From the human T2T-CHM13v2.0 reference genome, Homo sapiens: DNA of 64,000 nucleotides. The stretch is taken from NCBI RefSeq assembly GCF_009914755.1, contig NC_060926.1; one strand, written 5' to 3'. Under the pieces are notes generated by a model. It ran no database searches and was not told the origin of the DNA. It saw only the letters and a program-made list of their open reading frames with translations. This document shows positions 1-14,860 of the stretch, piece by piece. The position numbers and the translations under genes were made by a program. Every line of letters begins with the position of its first letter. Positions within the stretch are counted from its first letter, which is position 1.

Positions 1-185
1 GGAATCGTGTGGAATCGTCGAATGAACTGGAAATGAATCATAATCAAATGCAATTCAAATGAATCATCATCGAAAGGAATCACATGGAATCATCATCGAA
101 TGGAATCATACGGAAACATCACAGAATGGAATTGAATGGAATCATCAGTTGGACTCGAATGGAATCATCAAATGTACTCAAAGGG

Positions 186-3100
186 ACGCGTCAAATGGAC
201 TCGAACGGAACATCATCGAATGGAATCGAATGGGATCATCGAAAGGACTCGAATCAAATCTTCAAAAGGACTCAAAGGGAATCATTGTAGAATGGAAATG
301 AATAGAGTCATCAGACAGCCTCGAATGGAAACATCATTGAATGGAATTGATTGGGAACATCGAATTCACTCGAATGGAATCATCATCTGATGGAATTCAA
401 TGGAATCATCGAATGGACACAAATGGAATCATCATCAAATGCAATCCATTGGAACGATCGAATGGAATCGCATGGAATTATCAAATGGAATCGAATGGAA
501 TCATCTTTGAATGGAATCAAATGGAATCATCGAATGGAATCGAATGCAATCATCATTGAATGGAATCGAACGGAATCATCAAATGGTATCCAAAGGAATC
601 ACCATTGAATGACCTCGCATGGAATCATCATCATATAGAGTAGAAAGGAATCATTGAATGGACTCGAATGGAACCATCATTGAATGGAATCACCAAATGG
701 AATCAAATGGAATCATCATCAAATGAAATCAAACGGAATCATCAAATGGAATCGAATGGAATCATCATTGAATGGTGTCGAATAGAATCTTTCAATGACA
801 TTGAATGAAATCAGCATGAAATGGAATCTAAAGGAATCATAGAATGGTATCGAATGGAATCATCATCGAATGGAATGGAATGGAATGGAATGGAATGGAA
901 TGGAATTGAATCAGCATCGAATGGAATCAAAAGCAATCATTCAATGGACTCTAATAGAATCAGCGAATAGACTTGAATGTAATCATCATCGAATGGAGAA
1001 GAATGGAATCATCCAATGGACACGAATGGAATCATCCTCGAATGGAATCGAATGGAATCATATAATGGAACCGAATGGAATCATCATTGAATGGAATAGA
1101 ATGGAGTCGTCATCGAATGGAATCGTATGGAATCATCTACTGAACCCGAATGGAATCATCGTCCAAATGAATAGAATGCAATCATCATCAAATGGAATCG
1201 AATGGAATCATCATCAAATAGAATCGAATGGAATCATCAAATGGAATCGAATGGAGTCATTGTCTAATGCAATCGAATGAAATCATAGAATGGAATCCCA
1301 TGGAATCAACATCGAATGGAATCGATTGGAATCATTATCTAATAGAATTGAATGGAATCACTGAATGGAATCATCATCAAATGGACTCCAACGGAATCAT
1401 CGAATTGACTCTAATGGAATCATAACTGAATGGAATAGAATGGAATAATCAAATGGAAACGAATGGAATCATCATCGAATGGAATCGAATGGTATCATCA
1501 AATGCACTTGAATGGAATCATCAATGAATGCAATCGAATGGTATAATCGAATGGACTCAAATGGAATCATCTTCGAGTGGAACCTAAAGGAATCGCCAAA
1601 TGGACTCCAATGGAATAATCATCGTATGGAATCGAGTGGAATCATCGAATGTACTCGAATGGAATCATCGAATGGAATCGAATGGAATCGTGGTCGAACG
1701 GAAAAGAATGGAATCATCAAGTGGACATGAATGGAATCAACATCTAATGGAATGGAATGGAATCATCAAATAGAATGGAATGGAATCATCAAAGAATGGA
1801 ATAAAATGGAATCATCAAATGGAATCAAATGGAATCATCAATGAATGGAATCTAATGGTATCATGGAATGGAATTGAATGGAATCGTCTTTGAGTGGAAT
1901 CTAAAGGAATCACCGAATGGACTCCAATCATCAGATGGAATCGAGTGGAATCATCGAATGTAATCGAATGCAATCATCATCGAATGGAAATGAATGGAAT
2001 CAACGAATGGAATACAAAGGAATCATAGAATGGACTCGAATGGAATCATCATTGAATGGAATGAAATGGAATCATCATGGAATGGAATTGAATGGAATCC
2101 TCGAATGGACTCGAAAGGAATTATGCTCGAATGGAATCTAATGGAATCATCAAATGGACTCAAATGGAATCATCATCGAATGAAATCGTATGGAATCATC
2201 GAATGCAACTGAATGGAATCATTGAATGGACTTGAAAGGAATTATTATGGAATGGAATCGAATGGAATCATTGAATGGACTTGAAAGGAATCATCATCAA
2301 GTGGAATCGAATGGAATCGTTGAATGGACTCGAATTGAATCTTTGAATGGAACCGAATGGAATCATCATTGAATGGAGTCAAATGGAATTATCATCAAAT
2401 AGAATTGAATGGAATCTTCATTGAATGGACTCGAATGGAATCATCATCAAATGGAATCTAATCGAATCATCAATGAAGGGAATCGAATGGAATCATCATC
2501 GAATGGGATCGAATGGAATCATCAACAATTGGAAACGAATGAAATCATCGAATGGAATCCAATGGTGTCATGGAATGGACAGGAAAGGAATCATCGAATG
2601 GAATCAAATGGAATCACCATCGAATGGAATCAAATGGAATCACCATCGAATGGAATGTTATGAAATCATCTCATGGACTCGAAGGGAATCATCATCGAAT
2701 GGAATCGAATGGAATCATTGAATGAAATGGAAAGGAATCACCATCGAATGGAATGTGATGGAATCTTCCAATGGACTCGAAGGGAATCATCATCAAATGG
2801 AATCAAATGGAGTCATCAAATGGACTCGAATGGAATCATCATCAAATGGGATCATCATCAAATGGAATCGAATGGAGTCATCGAATGGACACGAATGAAT
2901 GAACAAATGGACTCGAATGGAAACATCAAATAGAATCGAATGGAATCATCGAAAGGAATTGAATGGAATTATTGAATGGACTCGAATGGAATCATCTAAT
3001 GGACACGAATGGAATAATCATAAAATGGAATCGAATGGAATCATCAAATGGACTCGAATGAATGGAATCATTGAATGGATTCCAATGGAATCCTTGAATG

Positions 3101-3634
3101 GACACAAATGGAATCATCATCAAATGGAATCGAATGGAATCATCGAATGGATTCGAATGGAATCATCTAATGGAATCAAACCGAATCGTCATCGAATGGA
3201 ATCGAATGGAATCATCGAATGGAATTGAAGGCAATCATCATCGAATGGAATCCAATGGAATCATCATCAAATGGAATCAAGCTGAAGGAATCATCAAATG
3301 GAATCAAATGGAATCACTGTTGAAGGGAATGGAATGGAATCATTGAATGGAATTGAATGGGATCACCAATGAACGGAATCAAATGGAATCATCTTCTAAT
3401 GGAATCGAAAGGAATCATCAAATACACTCGAATGGAATCATCATCGAATGGAATCGTGTGGAATCGTCGAATGAACTGGAAATGAATCATAATCAAATGC
3501 AATTAAAATGAATCATCATCGAAAGGAATCACATGGAATCATCATCAAATGGAACCATATGGAAACATCACAGAATGGAATTTAATGGAATCATCATTTG
3601 GACTCGAATGGAGTCATCAAATGTACTCGAAGGG
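186..3634 (+). repeat. HOR deletion variant, 3449 bp (A-B-C-G; lacks D, E, F)
   Basis: ACGCGT spacing 186 to 3635. At ~2785-2805 the end of module C (GGACTCGAAGGGAATCATCATC) runs directly into the start of G (GGAGTCATCAAATGGACTCG). Confidence 0.82.
868..910 (+). repeat. (GGAAT)n pentamer run in module B (longest copy)
   Basis: Seven TGGAA plus one TTGAA. Paralogous runs lie at ~4321, ~9975, ~52656, ~56403 and ~60075. Confidence 0.9.
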
Positions 3635-6600
3635 ACGCGTCAAATGGACTCGAAAGGAATCATCCTCGAATGGAATCGAATGGGATCATCGAAAGGACTC
3701 GAATCAAATCTTCAAAAGGACTCAAAGGGAATCATTGTACAATGGAAATGAATAGAGTCATCAGACAGCCTCAAATGGAAGCATCATTGAATGGAATTGA
3801 TTGGAAACATCGAATTCACTCGAATGGAATCATCATCTGTTGGAATTGAATAGAATCATCGAATGGACACAAATGGAATCATCATCAAATGCAATCCATT
3901 GGAACGATCGAATGGAATCGCATGGAATTATCAAATGGAATCGAATGGAATCATCTTTGAATGGAATCCAATGGAATCATCGAATGGAATCGAATGCAAT
4001 CATCATTGAATGGAATCGAACGGAATCATCGAATGGTATCCAAAGGAATCACCATTGAATGCCCTCGCATGGAATCATCATCATATAGAGTAGAAAGGAA
4101 TCCTTGAATGGACTCGAATGGAACCATCATTGAATGGAATCACCAAATGGAATCAAATGGAATCATCATCAAATGAAATCAAACGGAATCATCAAATGTA
4201 ATCGAATGGAATCATCATTGAATGGATTCGAATAGAATCTTTCAAGGAAATTGAATGGAATCAGCATGAAATGGAATCTAAAGGAATCATAGAATGGTAT
4301 CGAATGGAATCATCATCGAATGGAATGGAATGGAATGGAATGGAATGGAATCAGCATCGAATGGAATCAAAAGCAATCATTCAATGGACTCTAATAGAAT
4401 CAGCGAATAGACTTGAATGTAATCATCATCGAATGGAGAAGAATGGAATCATCCAACGGACACGAATGGAATCATCCTCGAATGCAATCGAATGGAATCA
4501 TATAATGGACCCGAATGGAATCATCATTGCATGCAATAGAATGGAATCGTCATCGAATGGAATCGTATGGAATCATCTAATGAACCCGAATGGAATCATC
4601 GTCCAAATGAATAGAAGGCAATCATCATCAAATGGAATCGAATGGAATCATCATCAAATAGAATCGAATGGAATCATCAAATGGAATCGAATGGAGTCAT
4701 TGTCTAATGCAATCGAATGAAATCATAGAATGGAATCCCATGGAATCAACATCGAATGGAATCTATTGGAATCATTATCAAATAGAATTGAATGGAATCA
4801 CTGAATGGAATCATCATCAAATGGACTCCAACGGAATCATCGAATTGACTCTAATGGAATCATCACTGAATGGAATAGAATGGAATAATCAAATGGAAAC
4901 GAATGGAATCATCATCGAATGGAATCGAATGGTATCATCAAATGCACTTGAATGGAATCATCAATGAATGCAATCGAATGGTATAATCGAATGGAATCAA
5001 ATGGAATCATCTTCGAGTGGAACCTAAAGGAATCGCCAAATGGACTCCAATGGAATAATCATCGTATGGAATCGAGTGGAATCATCGAATGTACTCGAAT
5101 GGAATCATCGAATGTACTCGAATGGAATCATCGAATGGAATCGAATGGAATCATGGTCGAACGGAAAAGAATGGAATCATCAAGTGGACACGAATGGAAT
5201 CAACATCTAATGGAATGGAATGGAATCATCAAATGGAATGGAATGGAATCATCATCGAATGGAATAAAATGGAATCATCAAATGGAATCAAATGGAATCA
5301 TCAATGAATGGAATCGAATGGTATCATGGAATGGAATTCAATGGAATCGTCTTTGAGTGGAATCTAAAGGAATCACCGAATGGACTCCAATCATCAGATG
5401 GAATTGATTGGAATCATCGAATGTAGTCGAATGCAATCATCATCGAATGGAATTGAATGGAATCAACGAGTGGAATACAAAGGAATCATAGAATGGACTC
5501 GAATGGAATCATCATTGAATGGAATGAAATGGAATCATCATGGAATGGAATTGAATGGAATCATCGAATGGACTCGAAAGGAATTATGCTCGAATGGAAT
5601 CTAATGGAATCATCAAATGGACTCAAATGGAATCATCATCGAATGAAATCGTATGGAATCATCGAATGCAACTGAATGGAATCATTGAATGGACTTGACA
5701 GGAATTATTATGGAATGGAATTGAATGGAATCATTGAATGGACTTGAAAGGAATCATCATCAAGTGGAATCGAATGGAATCGTTGAGTGGACTCGAATTG
5801 AATCTTTGAATGGAATCGAATGGAATCATCATTGAATGGAGTCAAATGGAATTATCATCAAATAGAATTGAATGGAATCTTCATTGAATGGACTCGAATG
5901 GAATCATCATCAAATGGAATCTAATCGAATCATCAATGAAGGGAATCGAATGGAATCATCATCGAATGGGATCGAATGGAATCATCAACAATTGGAAACG
6001 AATGAAATCATCGAATGGAATCCAATGGTGTCATGGAATGGACAGGAAAGGAATCATCGAATGGAATCAAATGGAATCACCATCGAATGGAATCAAATGG
6101 AATCACCATCGAATGGAATGTTATGAAATCATCTCATGGACTCGAAGGGAATCATCATCGAATGGAATCGAATGTAATCATTGAATGAAATGGAAAGGAA
6201 TCACCATCGAATGGAATGTGATGGAATCTTCTAATGGACTCGAAGGGAATCATCATCGAATGGAATCGAATGGAATCATTGAATGCAATTGAATGGAATC
6301 ATCATCAAATGGAATCGAATGGAGTCATCGAATGGAATCTGAATGGAATCATCAATGAATGGAATCAAATGGAATCATCTAATGGACGTGAATGGAATCA
6401 TCATCGAAAGCAATGAAATGTAATTCAATCGAATGGACATGAATGGAATCATCATTGAATGGAATCAAACGGAATCCTCATCGAATGGAATCGAATGGAA
6501 TCATCAAATGGAATAGAATGGAGTCATCGACGAATGTAATCGAATGGAATCATCGAATGGCATCGAATGGAATCATCGACTGGAAAAGAATGGAATCATC

Positions 6601-9288
6601 ATCGAATGGAAATGAATAGAATCACAGAATGAAATCGAAAGGAATCATCATCGAATGGAGTCTAATGGAATAATCATCAAATGGAATAGAATGGAATCAT
6701 CGAGTGGACACGAATGGAATCATCATTGAATGGAATCGAATAGAATCATCAAATGGACTTGAATGGAAACAACATCGAATGGAATCGAATTTAGTCATTG
6801 AATTGCATTGAGTGGAATCATCATTGAATGGAATCTAAGGAAATCATCGAACGGACTCGAGTGGAATCATCGAATGGACTCGAGGGGAATCATCATCGAA
6901 TGGAATCGACTGTAATCATCGATTGGACTCGAATGGAATCATCATTGAATGGAATGGAATGGAATCAACGAATGGACTCGAATAGAATCATCATCGAATG
7001 GAATCCAATGGAATCAAAGAATGGACTCTAACGGAGTCATCATCAAATGGAATCTAATGGAATCATCTAATGGACCTGAAAGGAATCATCATTGAATGGA
7101 ATCCAAAGGAATCATCGAATGGACTCGAATGGAATCATCATCGAATGGAATCTAATGGAATCATTGAATGGACTCGAATGGAATAATCGAATGGGCTTGA
7201 GTGGAATCTTCATCAAATGGAATCGAATGGAATCATCAAATGGACTCGAATGGAATCATCGTCAAATGGAATCGAATGGAATCATCATCAAAGGGAATCG
7301 AATGGAATCCTCATCGAATGGAATCGAACGGAATCATCATCGAATGGAATCACCAAATTGAATCGAATGGAATGATCGTCAAAGACAATCGAAGGGAAAC
7401 ATCAAATGGGATTGAACTGAGTCATTGAATGGATTCGATAGGAATCATCGAATGGATTCAAATGGAATCATCATCGAATGGAAACGAACGGAATCATCGA
7501 ATGGACACGAATGGAATCATCATCAAATAGGATTGAATGGAATCATCAAATGGCATCGAATGGAATCACCATTGAATGGAATCGAATGGAATCATCGAAT
7601 GGCATCGAATGGAATCATCATCGAATAAAATCAAATGGAATAATCGAATGTACTCGAATGGAATCATCAAATGGATTTGAGAAGAATCATCATCGAATGG
7701 AATTGAACAGAATCATCAAATGGACTCGAATGGAATCCTCATTGAATGGAATCGAATGGAATCATTGAATGGAGTCGAATGGAATCATCAGCAAATGGAA
7801 TCGAATGGAATCATTGAAGATCAACGAATGGAATCATCATCGAATGGAATCATCAAACGAACTCGAATGCAATCATCATAGAATGGAATAGAATGGAATC
7901 TTTGAATGGACCTGAATGGAATCATCGTCGAATGCAAACGAATGGAATCATCATCAAATGGAACCACATGGAATCATCAAACGGAAAGGAATTGAATAAT
8001 CATAGAAAGGAATTGAATAGAATCATCGAATGAAAACGAATGGAATCATCATTGAATGGAATCGAATGGAATCATCATCGAATGCAATTGAATGGAAAAA
8101 TCATCGAATGGAATCGAATGGAATCACCAACGAATGGAATTCAAAGGAATCATCATCGAATGGAACCAAATAGAATCATCAAATGGACTCGAAAGGAATC
8201 ATCGAATGGACTCGAATGGAGTTGTCATCGAATGGAATCCAATGGAAACATCGAACAGAATTGAATCGAATCATCATTGAATGAAATGAAATGGAATCAT
8301 CGAATGGACTCGAATGGAAGCAATATCAAATGGAATCGAAAGGAATCATGGAATGCATTCAAAGGGAATAAACAAATGGACTCAAATGGAATCAACATCA
8401 AGTGGAATCGAAAGGAATCGTCGAATGGACAGGAATGGAATCATCATCGAATGGAATCAAATGGAGTCATCAAATGGACTCGAATGGAATCACCATCAAA
8501 TGGGATCATCATCAAATGGAATCGAATGGAGTCATCAAATGGACACGAATGAATGAACAAATGGACTCGAATGGAAACATCAAATAGAATCGAATGGAAT
8601 CATCTAAAGGAATTGAATGGAATTATTGAATGGACTCGAAAGGAATCATCTAATGGACACGAATGGAATAATCATAAAATGGAATCGAATGGAATCATCA
8701 AATGGACTCGAAAGAATGGAATCATTCAATGGAGACGAATGGAATCATCGAATGGACTCAAATGGAATCATCCTCAAATTGAATCGAATGGAATCATCGA
8801 AAGGACTCGAATGGAATCATCAAATGGAATCAAACCGAATCGTCATCGAATGAAATCGAATGGAATCATCGAATGGAAATGAAGGCAATCATCATCGAAT
8901 GGAATCGAATGGAATCATCATCAAATGGAATCAAGCGGAAGGAATCATCAAATGGAATCAAATGGAATCATTGTTGAATGGAATGGAATGGAATCATTGA
9001 ATGGAATTGAATGGGATCACCAATGAACGGAATCAAATGGAATCATCTTCTAATGGAATCAAAAGGAATCATCAAATACACTCGAATGGAATCATCATCG
9101 AATGGAATCGTGTGGAATCGTCGAATGAACTGGAAATGAATCATAATCAAATGCAATTAAAATGAATCATCATCGAAAGGAATCACATGGAATCATCATC
9201 GAATGGAACCATACGGAAACATCACAGAATGGAATTGAATGGATTCATCATTTGGACTCGAATGGAGTCATCAAATGTACTCGAAGGG
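3635..9288 (+). repeat. HOR deletion variant, 5654 bp (lacks F)
   Basis: ACGCGT spacing 3635 to 9289. At ~8430-8460 the end of E joins the start of G. The 761-bp loss plus a 10-bp loss near 7845 accounts for the difference from 6425. Confidence 0.82.
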
Positions 9289-12200
9289 ACGCGTCAAATG
9301 GACTCGAACGGAATCATCCTCGAATGGAATCGAATGGGATCATCGAAAGGACTCGAATCAAATCTTCAAAAGGACTCAAAGGGAATCATTGTAGAATGGA
9401 AATGAATAGAGTCATCAGACAGCCTCAAATGGAAGCATCATTGAATGGAATTGATTGGAAACATTGAATTCACTCGAATGGAATCATCATCTGTTGGAAT
9501 TGAATAGAATCATCGAATGGACACAAATGGAATCATCATCAAATGGAATCCATTGGAACGATCGAATGGAATCGCATGGAATTATCAAATGGAATCGAAT
9601 GGAATCATCTTTGAATGGAATCAAATGGAATCATCGAATGGAATCGAATGCAATCATCATTGAATGGAATCGAATGGAATCATCGAATGGTATCCAAAGG
9701 AATCACCATTGAATGCCCTCGCATGGAATCATCATCATATAGAGTAGAAAGGAATCATTGAATGGACTCGAATGGAACCATCATTGAATGGAATCACCAA
9801 ATGGAATCAAATGGAATCATCATCAAATGAAATCAAACGGAATCATCAAATGGAATCGAATGGAATCATCATTGAATGGATTCGAATAGAATCTTTGAAT
9901 GAAGTTGAATGGAATCAGCATGAAATGGAATCTAAAGGAATCATAGAATGGTATCGAATGGAATCATCATCGAATGGAATGGAATGAAATGGAATGGAAT
10001 GGAATCAGCATCGAATGGAATCAAAAGCAATCATTCAATGGACTCTAATAGAATCAGCGAATAGACTTGAATGTAATCATCATCGAATGGAGAAGAATGG
10101 AATCATCCAATGAACACGAATGGAATCATCCTCGAATGGAATCGAATGGAATCATATAATGGACCCGAATGGAATCATCATTGAATGGAATAGAATGGAA
10201 TCGTCATCGAATGGAATCGTATGGAATCATCTAATGAACCCGAATGAAATCATCGTCGAAATGAATAGAATGCAATCATCATCAAATGGAATCGAATGGA
10301 ATCATCATCAAATAGAATCGAATGGAATCATCAAATGGAATCGAATGGAGTCATTGTCTAATGCAATCGAATGAAATCATAGAATGGAATCCCATGGAAT
10401 CAACATCGAATGGAATCGATTGGAATCATTATCAAATAGAATTGAATGGAATCACTGAATGGAATCATCATCAAATGGACTCCAACGGAATCATCGAATT
10501 GACTCTAATGGAATCATCACTGAATGGAATAGAATGGAATAATCAAATGGAAACGAATGGAATCATCATCGAATGGAATCGAATGGTATCATCAAATGCA
10601 CTTGAATGGAATCATCAATGAATGCAATCGAATGATATAATCGAATGGAATCAAATGGAATCATCTTCGAGTGGAACCTAAAGGAATCGCCAAATGGACT
10701 CCAATGGAATAATCATCGTATGGAATCGAGTGGAATCATCGAATGTACTCGAATGGAATCATCGAATGTACTCGAATGGAATCATCGAATGGAATCGAAT
10801 GGAATCATGGTCGAACGGAAAAGAATGGAATCATCAAGTGGACACGAATGGAATCAACATCTAATGGAATGGAATGGAATCATCAAATGGAATGGAATGG
10901 AATCATCATCGAATGGAATAAAATGGAATCATCAAATGGAATCAAATGGAATCATCAATGAATGGAATCGAATGGTATCATGGAATGGAATAGAATGGAA
11001 TCGTCTTTGAGTGGAATCTAAAAGAATCAGCGAATGGACTCCAATCATCAGATGGAATCGAGTGGAATCATCGAATGTAGTCGAATGCAATCATCATCGA
11101 ATGGAATTGAATGGAATCAACGAATGGAATACAAAGGAATCATAGAATGGACTCGAATGGAATCATCATTGAATGGAATGAAATGGAATCATCATGGAAT
11201 GGAATTGAATGGAATCATCGAATGGACTCGAAAGGAATTATGCTCGAATGGAATCTAATGGAATCATCAAATGGACTCAAATGGAATCATCATCGAATGA
11301 AATCGTATGGAATCATCGAATGCAACTGAATGGAATCATTGAATGGACTTGAAAGGAATTATTATGGAATGGAATCGAATGGAATCATTGAATGGACTTG
11401 AAAGGAATCATCATCAAGTGGAATCGAATGGAATCGTTGAATGGACTCGAATTGAATCTTTGAATGGAATCGAATGGAATCATCATTGAATGGAGTCAAA
11501 TGGAATCATCATCAAATGGAATTGAATGGAATCTTCATTGAATGGACTCGAATGGAATCATCATCAAATGGAATCTAATCGAATCATCAATGAAGGGAAT
11601 CGAATGGAATCATCATCGAATGGAATCGAATGGAATCATCAACAAGTGGAAACGAATGAAATCATCGAATGGAATCCAATGGTGTCATCGAATGGACACG
11701 AAAGGAATCATCGAATGGAATCAAATGGAATCACCATCGAATGGAATCAAATGGAATCACCATCGAATGGAATGTTATGAAATCATCTCATGGACTCGAA
11801 GGGAATCATCATCGAATGGAATCGAATGGAATCATTGAATGAAATGGAAAGGAATCACCATCGAATGGAATGTTATGGAATCTTCTAATGGACTCGAAGG
11901 GAATCATCATCGAATGGAATCGAATGGAATCATTGAATGCAATTGAATGGAATCATCATCAAATGGAATCGAATGGAATCATCGAATGGAATCTGAATGG
12001 AATCATCAATGAATGGAATCAAATGGAATCATCTAATGGACGTGAATGGAATCATCATCGAAAGCAATGAAATGTAATTCAATCGAATGGACATGAATGG
12101 AATCATCATTGAATGGAATCAAATGGAATCCTCATCGAATGGAATCGAATGGAATCATCAAATGGAATAGAATGGAGTCATCGTCGAATGTAATCGAATG

Positions 12201-14860
12201 TAATCATCGAATGGCATCGAATGGAATCATCGACTGGAAAAGAATGGAATCATCATCGAATGGAAATGAATAGAATCACAGAATGAAATCGAAAGGAATC
12301 ATCATCGAATGGAGTCTAATGGAATAATCATCGAATGGAATAGAATGGAATCATCGAGTGGACACGAATGGAATCATCATTGAATGGAATCGAATAGAAT
12401 CATCAAATGGACTTGAATGGAAACAACATCGAATGGAATCGAATTTAGTCATTGAATTGCATTGAGTGGAATCATCATTGAATGGAATCTAAGGAAATCA
12501 TCGAATGGACTCGAGTGGAATCATCGAATGGACCCGCGGGGAATCATCATCGAATGGAATCGACTGTAATCATCGATTGGACTCGAATGGAATCATCATT
12601 GAATGGAATGGAATGGAATCAACGAATGGACTCGAATAGAATCATCATCGAATGGAATCCAATGGAATCAAAGAATGGACTCTAACGGAGTCATCATCAA
12701 ATGGAATCTAATGGAATCATCTAATGGACCTGAAAGGAATCATCATTGAATGGAATCCAAAGGAATCATCGAATGGACTCGAATGGAATCATCATCGAAT
12801 GGAATCTAATGGAATCATTGAATGGACTCGAATGGAATAATCGAATGGGCTTGAGTGGAATCATAATCAAATGGAATCGAATGGAATCATCAAATGGACT
12901 CGAATGGAATCATCGTCAAATGGAATCGAATGGAATCATCATCAAAGGGAATCGAATGGAATCCTCATCGAATGGAATCGAACGGAATCATCATCGAATG
13001 GAATCACCAAATTGAATCGAATGGAATGATCGTCAAAGACAATCGAAGGGAAACATCAAATGGGATTGAACGGAGTCATCGAATGGATTCGATAGGAATC
13101 ATCGAATGGATTCAAATGGAATCATCATCGAATGGAAACGAACGGAATCATCGAATGGACACGAATGGAATCATCATCAAATAGGATTGAATGGAATCAT
13201 CAAATGGCATCGAATGGAATCACCATTGAATGGAATCGAATGGAATCATCGAATGGCATCGAATGGAATCATCATCGAATAAAATCAAATGGAATAATCG
13301 AATGTACTCGAATGGAATCATCAAATGGATTTGAGAAGAATCATCATCGAATGGAATTGAACAGAATCATCAAATGGACTCGAATGGAATCCTCATTGAA
13401 TGGAATCGAATGGAATCATTGAATTGAGTCGAATGGAATCATCAGCAAATGGAATCGAATGGAATCATTGAAGATCAACGAATGGAATCATCATCGAATG
13501 GAGTCGAATGGAATCATCAAACGAACTCGAATGCAATCACCATAGAATGGAATCGAATGGAATCTTTGAATGGACCTGAATGGAATCATCGTCGAATGCA
13601 AACGAATGGAATCATCATCAAATGGAACCACATGGAATCATCAAATGGAAAAGAATTGAATGATCATAGAAAGGAATTGAATAGAATCATCGAATGAAAC
13701 CGAATGGAATCATCATTGAATGGAATCGAATGGAATCATCATCGAATGCAATTGAATGGAATCATCATCGAATGGAATCGAATGGAATCACCAACGAATG
13801 GAATTCAAAGGAATCATCATCGAATGGAACCAAATAGAATCATCAAATGGATTCGAAAGGAATCATCGAATGGACTCGAATGGAGTTGTCATCGAATGGA
13901 ATCAAATGGAAACATCGAACAGAATTGAATCGAATCATCATTTAATGAAATGAAATGGAATCATCGAATGGACTCGCATGGAAGCAATATCAAATGGAAT
14001 CGAAAGGAATCATGGAATGCATTCAAAGGGAATAATCAAATGGACTCAAATGGAATCAACATCAAGTGGAATCGAAAGGAATCGTCGAATGGACCGGAAT
14101 GGAATCATCATCGAATGGAATCGAATGGAATCATCGAATGGACTTGAATGGAATCACTATCCAATGGAACCGAATGGAATCATCATGGAATGGAACCGGA
14201 AGGAGTCATCATCAAATGGAATCCAATGAAATCATTGAATGGACTCGAATGGAATCTTCATCAACTAGAATTGAATGGAATCATCAAACGGACTAAAGTG
14301 GAATCATCGGAGAATTTAATAGAATGGAATTATCAAACGGACTCGAATGGAATAAACTTTGAATGGAATCGAGGGGAATCATCAAATGGAATCGAATGCA
14401 ATCGTCGAGAGGAATCAAATGCCATCACCGAATGGAATCTAATGGAATCACCATTGAATGGACTCGAATGGAATCATCATTGAATGGAATCGAATGGAAT
14501 CATCGAATGGACTCGAATGGAATCATCATCGATTGGAATCAAATGTAATCATCGAATGGAATCGAAAGGAATCATCATCAACTGTAATAAACTGCAATCA
14601 CTGAATGGAATCGAATGGAATCGTCATCAAAAATAATCGAATAGAATAATCAAATGGAATCAAATGCAATCAACATCAAATGGAATCGAATGGAATCCTA
14701 GAATGACATCGAATGGAATCCTCATCGAATGGAATCAAAGGGAATCAATATCGAATGGAATCGAAAGCAATCACTGAATGGACTTGAATACAATCATCAA
14801 ATGGATTTGAAGGGAATCCTCATTGAATGGAATAGAACAAAAACATTGAATGGACACGAA
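8440..14860 (+). repeat. Only full-length HOR copy, ~6425 bp (modules G-A-B-C-D-E-F)
   Basis: Matching module-G ORF-track starts at 8553 and 14978 differ by 6425. The interval holds all modules: A (GACGCGTC, GACAGCCTC), B ((GGAAT)n, CATTGTCTAATGC), C (AACCTAAAGG, TTATGCTCG), D (AAGCAATGAAATG, AAAGACAATCG), E (GAGTTGTCATC, GAAGCAATATC), F (GGAACCGGAAGGAG, AACAAAAACATTG), G (AAGCGGAAGG, AATACACTCG). Confidence 0.82.

Noticed and set aside
186-191. ACGCGT and other rare CpG motifs as regulatory sites
   Set aside because: Useful as landmarks only; nothing in the sequence supports a function.
8440-14860. Assignment to a specific chromosome, species or HSat2 subfamily
   Set aside because: A multi-kb unit is compatible with several described arrays; this needs alignment to T2T assemblies, which I cannot run.
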